A stretch of DNA of 64,000 bases from Lama guanicoe (Eukaryota). A program made the position numbers and the translations under genes. Position 1 is the first letter of the stretch. Each line of letters begins with the position of its first letter. The notes beneath the pieces are model-generated. The model saw nothing but the letters and a program-made list of their open reading frames with translations. It did no database searches and was not told where the DNA came from. The stretch covers positions 1,364,001 to 1,428,000 of the forward strand of contig MU053304.1 in the NCBI GenBank assembly GCA_013239625.1, given 5' to 3'. Below, in pieces: positions 41,154-53,762 of the stretch.

Positions 41154-42946
41154 CTGCAGAAAGGGATGACATCTCTCAGAGGTCTCAGTATACAACCCGG
41201 GGAAATCATGGCAAGAAAACTCATAGTGAAGACATGGGGGGCTCAAGTGTCTTCTGGGTGGGACTGTCCCTGTCCCAGACCACCTTGGTCTGCCCTCGGG
41301 TTCACCGGCCTACAGGCTGACTCCCCGCTAGCACAATCACCAGAAGCCGAGAACCAGCCACCATTTCCCACACTCCTAGTACACTTAATACTCTCTCCAC
41401 TGCCCATCTTTTCCATTGTCTCTGCATATTTTTCTGTCTATCCATCCTTTGTCTCTCAACTGCTTCTAGCTTTCTCTAAAGAAAGGCCTCCCTGAGATAG
41501 TATGTTTTAAATAGGAATTAATGAGCATGGGTGGTTAAGTGGAAGGTAGTGGAACATGAAGACAGTTCCGAATAAGGCAGAAAGTGTATGAAAGGCTCAC
41601 ATACGAAAGAGAGATTTTAAATTATTGGGGGGGAGGTTTATCCTATATTGAATTAATAGTGTAGGAGGCAGGGGATGTGGCTGGGAAAATAGGCAGGGGC
41701 CTCACATGGGTGACCTTGGATGTCACTCCAAGAGAAATATTTATTTAATTTTCATTCATGTATTAAGAAGGTAATTAGGAAAATAACACAACATAATTTT
41801 CATTTTCAAATGTCTCATCTAGTTGAAGTGCAAATAACACATTTGATGGGAGCAAGATTAGAGGAAGGTCATGGACAGAAAGCTGTTGCTTTGAGAACCA
41901 CAACAGAGGTCTCGATTGGAGACTTGGGAATGTGACAGATGGACAGATGGGAGATACTCTGAAAGAGAAATGACTATGTTGGATGAGTAACAGGCATGTA
42001 TTTGAGGGTAAGAGGAGTCACGATGACTCCTAGGGGCTTCCAACCTGAAAATCCATGAGATAATGGTGGTCCATCACTGACACATGAATGCTGATGAGCA
42101 TTAGATCCAGCTGGAGCAGTGAAGATGCTTCTTTCAGTTCTGACATGCTAAGTTTAGGATTCTTGAACCTTATTTTATCCTCTTTTCACCTGCAGCCTAT
42201 TTTCCATCCATTCTCCTTCAACTCTTTCTCTACATAGCTGCCGTTGTACCTTTCCCCATCTTTCCCCATTTCTTAGTATTTATTTTCCTCTCAATCTTTC
42301 TCTTTCCATATTTTTTTTCTATCAATTTTTATCTCTGAGTCTTGGGTGATTTTTCAGTTTATTTCTTCTCTTCTGTATCTTACACTTCCTCCCTTTCCAT
42401 CTGTTTCTCCCACTTAATTTCACCTCTGTCTCCCAATACTACTCAACTTTTGTCTCTCTGTGTGATTTCATCCTCCAGGCTCTCCTCTCTCATCAACTCC
42501 AAAACTCTCCTCTTGGACTTTGACTACAGTGCCAGTGACCTCCAATTGGACAGCTCTCCAATTTGAACCTGACATGGCATGCTAGTTCCAAGTTTCTCTT
42601 AATTACTCTGTGAAACTGATTGAAAAGTATCCCTTATCTCAACCTAGAAGGGTGGAATTTTATGTTTCTTTTGCAAAACTGAATCCATGAATGTAATTTG
42701 TCATATAGTACACCCTATATTCCTTTTCTGTTTTCTCTTTTTTATAGTCCCCCAACAATGGATACTCTGTCTACTCAGGAACTCAGATCCTTTTTCTCAG
42801 TGTCTCTGTTCCGTCTGCGAGCAGGTAAGGGCAAGTGGGAGAGGTGGGGGCTAGCAGAGATCTAGAATAGGAGACAGAAGGCAGGCTTTGCTTCCATGAG
42901 GACAAGAAAACAAAGATCTAATATAGAATTGATAAACTGTAGTTAC

Positions 42947-43030
42947 CTCGTCTTTCATATGGCAGTATGCTGGGTGTATCTTGTAACCAGCTTACAGTAT
43001 TCATTTGGAGAGGTGTGTGTTCCAAGGACA
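42947..43030 (-). CDS. SP140: SP140 disordered-region exon (84 nt)
   Basis: ctctcctcag|TG TCC TTG GAA CAC...AGA CGA G|gtaact; VSLEHTPLQMNTVSWLQDTPSILPYERR, similar to recalled human VCYEHSPLQMNN...LLPYGKQ. Confidence 0.85.
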
Positions 43031-43164
43031 CTGAGGAGAGCAACGAGAAAATGACAGAACTCAGACAGTATCCGGAGAAGAGACTTCAGTGTGCTTAAGA
43101 CAAACTCATGTTCAAGCTCCAAGGACCCCACCTGAGGCCCGATAGAGCCTTGTTTGCCTCTTTT

Positions 43165-43800
43165 TCATTGAGATGCACCTATCTTAAGTGTAAAACAGCT
43201 GCATGACCAACATCCCAGTCAAGATATGGAACATTTCCACCACGCCAGTCAGTTTCCACCTACTAAGTTTCCACCTCCCTAAGAACCACTGTTTTGATTT
43301 CTATCACCATTAATAAGTCCTTTTTTTCTGGTACTGTACTTATGTGTACTGACACTCATATCCATAAAAACACCAGCATGTACTCCTGTGACTGGTTTCT
43401 TTTGCTCAACATAATGTTTCTGGGATTCATTCATGTTGTTACATATATTAGTAGTTCCTTCCTTTATACTGCTGAATAGCATTCCACTTATAAATATATC
43501 ACAGTTCATTTACTCTCTTATTGATGAGAATTTGAATTGGTTCCAGATTTTAGCTATTACAAATAAGACTCCTATAAACATCTTTGTACAAATCTTTCCA
43601 TGAACATATGTTTTCATTCCTTATGAGAAGACACTTAGAAGTGGAACTTCTGGGTTATGAGTTATATTTAACTTTATAAGAGGCTGCCAGACAGTTTTAC
43701 AAAGTGGTCATATCATTTATATTCTTACCAGCAATACATATAAAGATGTTCTAAGTGCCCCATAGTCTCACTAACACTTGGTGTTGTCAGTAATTTTTTA
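43165..43800 (-). mobile_element. Old L1M 3' fragment
   Basis: tttctttgctcaacataatgtttctgggattcattcatgttgtt is a typical antisense L1M segment. Confidence 0.75.
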
Positions 43801-43894
43801 ATCTTTAATATTTTATTTATTTCATTTAATGTTAAGAAAAGGAAAGCTCAGGATGGGACTTCTTTTTCTAACGATGTTCCCATCAGTCTTTAAA

Positions 43895-45690
43895 AAAATT
43901 TTTTTTGAAGTACAACCAGTTTACAATGTTATATTAATTTCTGGTATATAGCATAATATTTCAATCATACATATATTCCTTTTCATATTGTTTTTCATCA
44001 TCAAGATATTGCTTATAGTTTCCTGTGCTATATATTATAAACTTGTTATTTATCTATTTTATATATAGTGGTTAGTATCTGAAAATCTCAAACTCCCAAT
44101 TTACCCCTTCCCCTTTGGCAACCATAAGTTTGTTTTCTATGTCTATCAGTCTCTTTCTGTTTTGTAAATAAGTTCATTTGTGTCTTTTTTTTAATATTCC
44201 ACTTATAAGTGATATCATGTGGCATTTTTCTTTCTCTTTCTGGCTTACTTTACTTAGAATGACGATTCCCAGGTCCATCCATGTTGCTGCAAATGACATT
44301 ATTTCATTCTTTTTTATGGCTGAGTAGCATTCCATTGTGTATATATGTACCACAACTTCTTTATCCAGTCATCTGTTGATGGACATTTAGATTGCTTCCA
44401 TGTCTTGGCTATTGTAAATAGTGCTGCTATGAATATTGGGGTGCATGTATCTTTTTGAATTACAGTTCCCTCAGGATATATGCCCAGGAGTGGAACTGCT
44501 GAATCATATGGTAGGTTTTTTTTTAAGGAACCTCCATACTGTGCTCCATAATGGCTGCACCAAATTACATTCCCACCAATGTAGAAGGGTTTCCTTTTCT
44601 CAACACCCTCTCCAGCATTTATCATCTGTGGACTTTTTAATGATGGCCATTCTGACTGAGGTGAGGTGATACTTCATTGTAATTTTGATTTGCATTTCTC
44701 TGATAATTAGCAATACTGATCATTTATTCATGTGTCTATTCATATGTCTTCATTGGATAATTGCTTGGTGAAGCCTTCTGCCCATTTTTGGATTGAGTTG
44801 GGATTTTTCTGTTGTTGTTGTTATTAAGTTGTATGAGCTATTTCTATATTCTGGAAATTAAGCCTTTATCATCATTTGCAAATATTTTCTCCCATTCTGT
44901 ATGTTGTCATTTTGTTTTGTTTATGGTTTCCTTTGCTATGCAAAAGCTTGTAAGTTTAACTAGGCCCCATTTGTTTATTTTTCCTTTATTTCTATTGCCT
45001 GGATAGACTGCCCTAGGAGAACATTGCTAAGCTTTATGTCAGAGAATGTTCTGCCTATATTTTCTTCTAGGAAGTTTATAGTGTCTTATCTTATGTTTAA
45101 GTCCTTCAGCCATTTTGAGTTTATTTTTGTATATGGTGTGAAGCAGTGGTCTAACTTCATTTATTTACATGCAGCTGTCCAGTATTCCCAACACCACTTG
45201 CTGAAAAGACTGTCTTTTCTCTTTTGTATATTTTTGCCTCTTTGTCAAAGATTAATTGACAGTAAGTGTGTGGGTTTATTTCTGGGCTCTCTATTATGTT
45301 CCATTGATCCATACATCTATTTTTGTGCCAATATCATGCTGTTTTGATTACTGCAGCTCTGTAGTATTGTCTGAAGTCTGGGAGGTTTATTCCTCCAGCT
45401 TCATTCCTCTTCTTCAGTATTGCTTTGGCAATTCTGAATCTTTTGTGAGTCCATATGAATTTTAGGATCATCTATTCTAGTTGTGTGAAAAATGTCCTGG
45501 GTAATTTGATGGGGATTACATTAAATCTGTAGATTACCTTAGGTAGCATGGCCATTTTAACAATATCAGTTCTTCCAATCCAAGAGCATGGAATATCTTT
45601 CCATTTCTGCAAATTATCTTTAATTTCCTTAACAATTTTTGTAGTTCTCTGTGTATAAGTCTTTCACCTCCTTGATCCATTTTATTCCTT
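43895..45690 (-). mobile_element. 5'-truncated LINE-1 (ORF2 3' part and 3'UTR)
   Basis: Minus-strand ORF ...[34 protein letters not shown], homologous to the 55701 L1 ORF. Confidence 0.92.
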
Positions 45691-47448
45691 GGCCACTCCT
45701 GTTACCTTGTGTTTCTTCCTCTCTCTCCCCCAGTGAGGCTTCCAGCTCTTTCGCCTGTGTCTCTCTAGTTTTTCCCTCCAGTTCTTTATACCTATGCTAT
45801 TCCAGAGTCCTACCTTGCCTCAGGCTCTGATCTACCCCTCTCTCTCCATTCAGGTCTCCTCAAGGCCTCCTTTATGAATTATGAACACATAATGACACAG
45901 CCCTTATCCCGTCCTTGTATATGCTACTATCACTCAGAGTCAGGCATCCAGGCAAATGTTGGACGGTCAGTCAGACTTACTGTTTATTCAGATTCTTGGG
46001 CACACTCATTTGTCCTTTCTTTGGTTCTTATTGTACCATTTGGGTCATGAGATGAATCTTCTTTCCTTATACTCGTCTGTGTCCATCACCAAGATGCTCT
46101 GGGATTCTAGCTCTAGTTAAGGTGTCACTCATATTACATTAGGAATGTTGAAGAACTCGTTTCTCCTTCCCTTCATGATGAACCTTTTTTATTCTTTGCT
46201 AATAACTATTATGAATCCTTCCACCACCTCATTCTCATTACCACTACCCTCAGTAGTAGATAAATCTCTAAATATATGTTTATGTACTTTGTACTTTTTA
46301 ATCTACATTTTATACTTTTAGCAATTTGTCTTTATTCAAAAGAATATTTTTTAAAATAGATCCAAATGTTCTATAATTGTATTAATACATGTTTAAAATA
46401 TATAATACCTGAAGTACAAATCCAAATTAAAAGACACCCATTTAATGGCATTTTACAAGGCCATTCACATTCTTATTTTTTTCTTATGTTAGCTATTTCC
46501 AAGGGGGAAAAAAAATCAACATTTAACAAATAATTAAATTTAGGCTTAAAGATGGAGAATTTTTCTTGGGCTTGGGGGCTGTTTTGCTCGCTGAATCACA
46601 AACTGTCCTTACACTTCAGTTCTGCTGAAAAACAGGAATAACATAACTCTTATGATAGGATTGTTATGAGAATTAAGTGAGATGCTACTGGAAGAGGAAT
46701 TTCTGGGTTATAATAACTTAGCAAGAAATTACAATTTTCAATTAATAGCTTATGTGTTAGAATTTAATGATTCATTATTAGTAATAATATGAATGAAAGG
46801 ATGATTAAAAAGTTAGAAACAGTGCTTATTGGTTACAAAAGTACATAGTGCATATATGAGAATTAAACAAGCTGATCCACTTGAGGTGCTGATCTTACAC
46901 CTAGTGGTCCATGGAAGCTGGGTGTTGTGACTATGGTCACAGCTAAAGTTATTACTGTCCTTTGTTTTCGTCTCCTATTTTTACTTCTCTCCCTTTCCTT
47001 TCACATAACATCTTTCCTTCCACATTCTCTTCTATACACAATTACTACTCACTCTTTTACTCTCTTTTCTTTTATTATGAGTAATATTTACAATTCCTTC
47101 TTTTGACACACCGAACTCCTATTCCTTCCCATATCCACTGAATTCCCAGCTCACAATTACTGCTGTCAGTTCTCCCCCTTAATTCTGCCTCATGGCTGCA
47201 ATGTGATCTTCTCTCTTGTGTTCATGTTCCATCTTATTAATTGTCATATCTGCCTGGCAATATTCTTGGATTCCAGATCTGGTTGGTTAATTGGGAACCC
47301 ACACAACACACTGCTACTCTGGCCTCTTCGTCTCCTGCTGCATCCCCACCCCAGGGTACACTCTTCACTCAGGAGCTCAATCCCCTGATCTCTGACCTCC
47401 TTTCCTCTTAGTAGATGAGAAAACTAGCTTCTATCAAGTCAGAATTAC

Positions 47449-47532
47449 CTTGTTCTTGGCTTAATTGTAAGTTGAGCATCTCCTTTGTCTCTCCTTCATC
47501 AATGGCTTGGTAACAGAAGTTGTCACGAATCA
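47449..47532 (-). CDS. SP140: SP140 exon 4 (84 nt, SP100-like)
   Basis: ctttctcttctcag|TG ATT CGT...GAA CAA G|gtaatt; open, phase 1-1; VIRDNFCYQAIDEGETKEMLNLQLSQEQ. Confidence 0.8.
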
Positions 47533-49584
47533 CTGAGAAGAGAAAGGAAAGGCAATTAGAAATCTCAGACAGTGACCAGGAGCTGCATCTCAGTTACACA
47601 TCCAGGTACATCCTTGACTCCATTAGTTCAGGGGAGCTTTCCAGCCTTCAGGGAACCCTGCGCTTCAGTGGATCTCACATGACCTGTGACTTGATGTTAC
47701 TCCTGGAATCATATAGCTTTTCCACAGAGAATGTACCTCTTCAGTTTAAAAAAAAATAGGCGGTGAGAAAGTTGTAAACAGTGTTTAACGCCCTTCAAAA
47801 TGATCAGAGAACAATGAAAGCCAATTTAAAATAAATAATATAGGTGGAATGTGTTTCATAAATTCTACATGCAACTACAACTAGGGAAGAAGCAGAGGAA
47901 TTTCTTTAGGAGAAAAGTAGTATTTGTAGAGAAGTTGACCTACCTTATAAAAGAAAAACCCAAAAACCTTTCAAAAATTGGGATTTTTAAAGAAAGAAAG
48001 GAAGGAAGGAAAGAAGAAAGGAGAGAGAAGATCGTGGGTCAGGGAAGATGATCTGGTTACAAAGAGGTATAACAGTGAAGAAGAACTAGCACTTCTGGGG
48101 GTAGGATGGGAGGGGAGAGGTCCAGGAAACAAAGGAAAGACACTTTCTGAAAGGCACAGACAGGGAAGTGAATATTTTCTGAAAGGCACAGAAAGGAAGC
48201 GAATATTACCTTACAGCTGTTTCAGTGACCCAGGACGTGGTAACAAAAAGCCCAGGAAACCAGCCCAGAGCACTCCCACTGCAGAGCTGCTTGTCAAGGT
48301 GACTCAGCAAACACAGAAGGAAAAGCAAGACTTACAGGACATGAGAGAAAGTCACCCAAGAAATAGAGAAAGAAGCTGACCAAGAAGGACAGACAGCAGA
48401 AGCACACCTCCTGGGGGCAATCCCCACCAGGGGATCGGGCAGTAGGGAGATGCTTTTCTATCCCCAGGACATAGTGACTTCATGCCTAGGCCAACTTTGG
48501 AGGAGGACATGGGGGTAAATGCTGTGTGGGTGAGAGGTTTAGAGACCATAAAGAGGCCCCAAAAGCAGGCATTTCAGTGATAGGGTGGGGGGCTTCTCTG
48601 CATCTGTGCACCACACTCCCACCAGCTTCTTGGCTTTGGACCCCCACTCTAAGCTCCCGTGGACGGCAGGGTCTGGGAAGCTCCGGCAGCAACCTCCCCT
48701 GGGGGGCAGGTGGGCAGGTGGGCAGGTGGGCAGCTGCACTGGGTCAGGCAGTGGGCAGTGCAGCCCGCGGGCAGCGGCGAGCCTCATGTGGGGGTCACCC
48801 CAGCACGAGAAGCCCTGGAAGCTAACTAACACGTGTAACGTGGGTGCTGAGGTCCAGGAGGGGGATTCCTTCAGAACAGGGAGAGGATCAGATCCCCTGA
48901 GATGTGAACAGTTAAAGTAACTGCCATTCCCTTTCTACCTACAACCTGAGGAAATTCTGGTTACAAATATGATATTGACCTGAAATTTGTGGCTAGGCAT
49001 TCAATCTCCTTTATTCCTTTTTCTGACTTAGATATATCTCATTGTGGAAATGAGATAGCTCGTATTTTACAAGATACGGTTTTCACAAGTAAACACATCC
49101 CATTCTTTATGCTGACTTCTTTTACTTCTTTGCTGCTTAAAAATCTTCTATTACTTCTTTATTTCCCAAATAATAAACTTCAGATTCCTTGGTACAGGGT
49201 GTCAAACCCTCAAAAATCCCCTCCAACTCCCCTTTCCAGAACGAGCTTCCAAGCAGCCTGTGCTCCGTGTCTCGGCCACATGACTCTGCAGGCCCACTGC
49301 TCCTTTCCCACTTTGCAGCTTTCACATGCTTCTCCCTCCCCCATGCATGGGTACCTGCTGGCCTTCTCTTGTGACTTCTGCACTCTTTGGCACAGGACTG
49401 CACTGAAAATTTTTTTAATACAAAGAAAATCTCTTCACTTTGAACATGTCTGCAAGTAGCAGAGAGGGCTTCATGCTTTCCTACAAAAGAGCATAATTCC
49501 TCCCTGAAAGTCGAGGCTCAGACCCTAAGTTTCTCAGCACCAAATTCAGGTCCTAGCTGAGCAATCATCTGGTTAACGTCTGTC

Positions 49585-49735
49585 ACCCCCACTACGTGTA
49601 AGCTCCATGAGGACACAGGTCACGCGTGGTTTCTTCGCCATTGTACTTTCTCTCTCGGCCTGCCACATAGTAGTCACTCAGTAAAATAACTGTCAAATGT
49701 TAACTAAGAGTGAATGAATGAATCAGTGAATGAAG
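49585..49735 (+). mobile_element. LINE-2 3' end
   Basis: tgtaagctccatgaggaca...catagtagtcactcagtaaaata...gaatgaatgaat; other L2-like pieces at about 18050-19060 and 41490-42150. Confidence 0.7.
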
Positions 49736-49776
49736 AGGACTTGAATCCCACAAAAGTTGTTGGAAGCTGTAATTAC

Positions 49777-49945
49777 CATTTTGGAAGCTTCTGTAAGTCA
49801 GAAGTAAGTCAGGGTAGGCCTTCAGGTTAACCCTGCTGAATAGTGCGTCCAGAACCGTCTTGTCAAATTTCTTCTCCAGTTCGCTGAGAACATCATACAC
49901 CACTCTCTCCACCGGGATTAGATTTCTACAAGCTTCTTGAAAATT
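49777..49945 (-). CDS. SP140: SP140 exon 3, HSR/CARD domain second half
   Basis: tttttaag|AAT TTT CAA...CAA AAT G|gtaatt, 169 nt; NFQEACRNLIPVERVVYDVLSELEKKFDKTVLDALFSRVNLKAYPDLLLTYRSFQN. Confidence 0.96.
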
Positions 49946-50905
49946 CTTAAAAATATTGAATGGAGAATTATGTAGCTTTGAATGCATGGGTTACAGGAGT
50001 CTCTAGTTGTAGAATTACTGTTCTCTTGTGACATATTAGAATGTTACAGGTATTTAGATGACCTCTTAAATAACCTTCATTGTCAAAATAGAATCTTATC
50101 GTGTGAACCTGTCTCTCTGATACTGATGTCCACTTAAGAGGGCAATTTTGAAGAATAAAAGTAAGTTCGAAGTTGAATGTTTTGTGAGAGCTTTAAGAGC
50201 TTGGCCAGGATCCTTCAGGAGTGGCCCTGACTGGCCTTGAAGGGTCATTTTGTTGACTGGACAATAACCACTGCTCTCCCCTCAAGACTGACCTAGGCGG
50301 AAAGGCTCCAGGAAACCAGGCAACCACTCTCCCCTGCTGTGAATGTGGCCCAAAGAAAATTCACAAGGACGAAAAGAAGACTTGTCCTCAGTATCCTCAA
50401 GAAGACCCACTGTTAACTTTACCTGCATTCTAAGGGCTCCCGAAATGCCTCAAGAGCAAGAAATGATTCAGAGAGAGACCAGTAAGTATCTGCTTCCAAA
50501 TTTATCCTAACCTGACACAACTTCCCTGTGAGTTCAGTAATCTCAGGTTCCAGTGTGCAAAATAAGAGGGCTTTGTGAATGAAAGGTTGCCTAGCTCACT
50601 TATTTGCTTTAATTTTGTTATTGTGATCATATCGTGTAGATGGACCTAAGAGGCTCCATACCCAGGGCTCAGTCCCATTTCCAGTGTTGCCACATCTCCA
50701 TTGCCATACCCCCCTACCCCGGCCCCCACCGTCTACTACAGAAGAGGGAAAGTTGTCTGTGATGCCGCCTCTCCTGTCACCTCCTAGCTTACAGGATGGT
50801 GAAGGTCTCTGTTCATAAGTGGCCCTTTAGTCTGTTCACTGCATCCTGAAGTTTGGCAGAATATAGAGTGGGGCTGATTATCAAGAGCGAATTCTCCTCA
50901 CTTAC

Positions 50906-51083
50906 TTCGTACATCTGCTCAGGGATGAAGCCCCGGTCTCGGAGGCCCATGAGGAAAGGAAACGGCTTTGTTACTGCACTTGCAATCTCCACCTTGTTTT
51001 CTCTGAAGAGCCTGAACAAGAGCTCATAGAAAAACTGCTCCTCTGAGTTCTGGTCCTCCAGGTTCTGGTCCACTGTGAACATT
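50906..51083 (-). CDS. SP140: SP140 exon 2, HSR/CARD domain first half
   Basis: ttctcag|A ATG TTC ACA...ATG TAC GAA|gtaagt, 178 nt; MFTVDQNLEDQNSEEQFFYELLFRLFRENKVEIASAVTKPFPFLMGLRDRGFIPEQMYE. Confidence 0.96.
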
Positions 51084-51427
51084 CTGAGAAACAAAGACAC
51101 AATGTGAAAATAGACAGTAAGCGTCCAAGGGGCCCATGGTGGCTGGAAGATTTGAGACATGAAAGATGCTCAATGAAGAGCCAGCACGTGTAAAATAGTG
51201 TTCCTGTGGAAGACCAGAGTAGATGGAATGTATTTACTTAAAGACTAATCAAGAGGGCAACAGAAGAAAACACTGAGCTTTAGGAAGTTCTATGAACTTG
51301 TACACAGAAGTGAAAGAGTTTACCCTGTGTTAATCAAAACTACCGTAAAGAGACTTTCACCTAAACCTTCTAGGGGAAACACTGAATTTTAAAATGGTAA
51401 AGTCTTTACAGAAATTGATATGATACT

Positions 51428-51640
51428 GTGATGGTTAATTTTATGTGTTATTCTGGAGTGTGTTTGGGGATAAAATTTACATTTTATTTTAAATTGGTGA
51501 ACTTTGAGTAAGCAGTATGCCCTCCATAATGTGAGTGCACCTCATCCAATCAGCTGAAAGCCTGAAGAAAACAAAAAACCCAGGCTCCCTGAGTAAGAAG
51601 ATATTTTCCAGCTGACTGCTTTTGAATTTAATCAGCTAAT
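51428..51640 (+). mobile_element. MLT2 LTR fragment
   Basis: tgtgatggttaattttatgtgtt...ccctccataatgtgagtgcacctcatccaatcagctgaaagcctga. Confidence 0.75.
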
Positions 51641-51877
51641 CAGCAAGCAGAACTTAGTGCTTATCGCATGGAATATCTAAAGCTCCACCTCTTTGATTGC
51701 ATTTTTGTCTGAGGTGCATACTCCTAATAAATACGATGTCGACCAGGCTTTCGGCACTCTAAATCCATGAGCTCTTGAGTCCCCTGGTCCCATCTTTGCT
51801 CTTTACTTTGTCTGTTTGTTTCTTAAGTCTTGCATCGCCTGTCCTTAGACACGGTCCTGAGCTGAGCCGGACACAGC

Positions 51878-52805
51878 ACCATATGATATCATTTATATGT
51901 GGAATCTTTTTAAAAATGACACAAATAAGCTTATTTACAAAACAGAAATAGACTCACAGACATAGAAAATAAACTTATGGTTATCAGGGGGCAAAGGGAG
52001 TGGGGTTGAGGGGTAAATTGGGAGTCTGGGATTTACAGATACTAAACACTATATATAAAATAGATAAACAACAAGGTCTTATTGTATAGCACAAAGATCT
52101 ATATTCAATATCTTGTAATATCCTATAATGAAAAAGAATATGAAAAGGAATATACATATGTGTGTAACTGAATCAGTATGCTGTACACCAGAAATTAACA
52201 CATTGTAAAGTGACTATAGTTCAATTTAAAAAATAAGAATTATGAAAAAAAAAGTTAAAAGTAAAAAAAATGGGCAAGTGACATTAGATAAATGCAAACA
52301 GGATAGAAGGCAAAATTCACAATATCTGTATTTTAAAAATAAAACTTGAGACAGCTAATAGACAAATCTTTCATGGTCGTTAAAAAATATTTCACGTTCA
52401 TTAAACCAGAAAGAGAAAGAAAAATACCATTACGATATCACTCATATGTGGAACCTAAAAAAAAAAAAAGAAAAAGAAAAAAAGAGGACACTATGAACTC
52501 ATCCACAAAACAGAAACAGACTCGCAGACTTAGTAAACAATCTTGGTTACCGGGGAAAGGGTGTGAAAGAGGATAAATTTGGGAGTTCGAGATTTACAAA
52601 TGTTAGCCACTATATATAAAAATAGATTTTTTAAAAAAAGTTTCTTTTGTATAGCACAAGGAACTATGTTCAATATCCTGTAATAACCTTTAATGGAAAA
52701 AATACGAAAACAAATATATGTATGTATATGCATGACTGGGACATTGTGCTGCACACCAGAGATAGATACATTGTAATTGACTGTACTTCAATTTAAAAAA
52801 AATTT
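51878..52805 (+). mobile_element. Two adjacent LINE-1 3'UTR fragments
   Basis: Two copies of the L1 3'UTR (acagaaa(t/c)agactc...ttcaatttaaaaaa) at about 51878-52260 and 52400-52805, similar to the 25606 and 26460 copies. Confidence 0.82.
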
Positions 52806-53762
52806 CACTTTCAATTTTTAACTACTCAAGTATATTTTAAAAAAATCTGGGATATAAGGTTTTTAAATTACAAAATATATTTATTAATAACTCAATCTTA
52901 AAATATATGAGAACATATCAAGATCTGTACCTGAATTAATCTAAATAAATAATAATAAAGAGAAATTGAACAGGTTACTAAATGTTGTGGCTATAAGATA
53001 CTATTATACTAAAATCAAAATTTTAAAACAAAAATTTTGTTTTAAGAAAAAAACTAAACTTATAGTGATTCTTAAAGTTCACTTTTGGTTTCAGCTCTAA
53101 CAATGTAAAGACCATGGAAGTCATCACTCCTATGCTTAGAAAAGAAAAAAGCTGAACAGACTGCAAATCAATGAATTTCATGTGCCTATAGGAAAATTGA
53201 GGCACAGGACAAACTGTCACCCCCAAATCTGGATTGACAGAGAAATCCAGACAATCACAGATGAGATCAGCTGCTTGGAAGAGAAGCCACTGAAGCTGAA
53301 GACCACGGGAACACTTGAAAGGTAGGTTTGACGAATTGCTGGAAGCTGAGTGTGGATTTACACAAGAATGAGAAACTGCTGGGGACCACAGTCTTAGTAT
53401 GGCCCCAACCCTGTGTGGGTTTTACCTCCAGGAACCCCACCAGGTATCATGCTGAAGAGCCAAGAAAAATCCTCTGCGTATGGCAGAGAGAGAGGGGAAA
53501 AGAAAACTTTCTTAAACAACCCAGAACATTCTCCATAACAAAGGCCTACTCTTTAGAGGAAAACACTTTGCCCAAGCCTTATTTGACCTAGGGGAAGGGC
53601 AATGACCAATAGCCACCTCCTTCTAGCCTTTTGTCTCATTTAATGGGGTGAGGGAAGAGGAAACAGCTAAGAAACCATTCTAAAAGTTATAGTCCAGGGA
53701 CAATTCCACTGCAAGATTGAGATTTTAATAGTAAGATTAAAGAATAATTTCCCTCCCAATAC

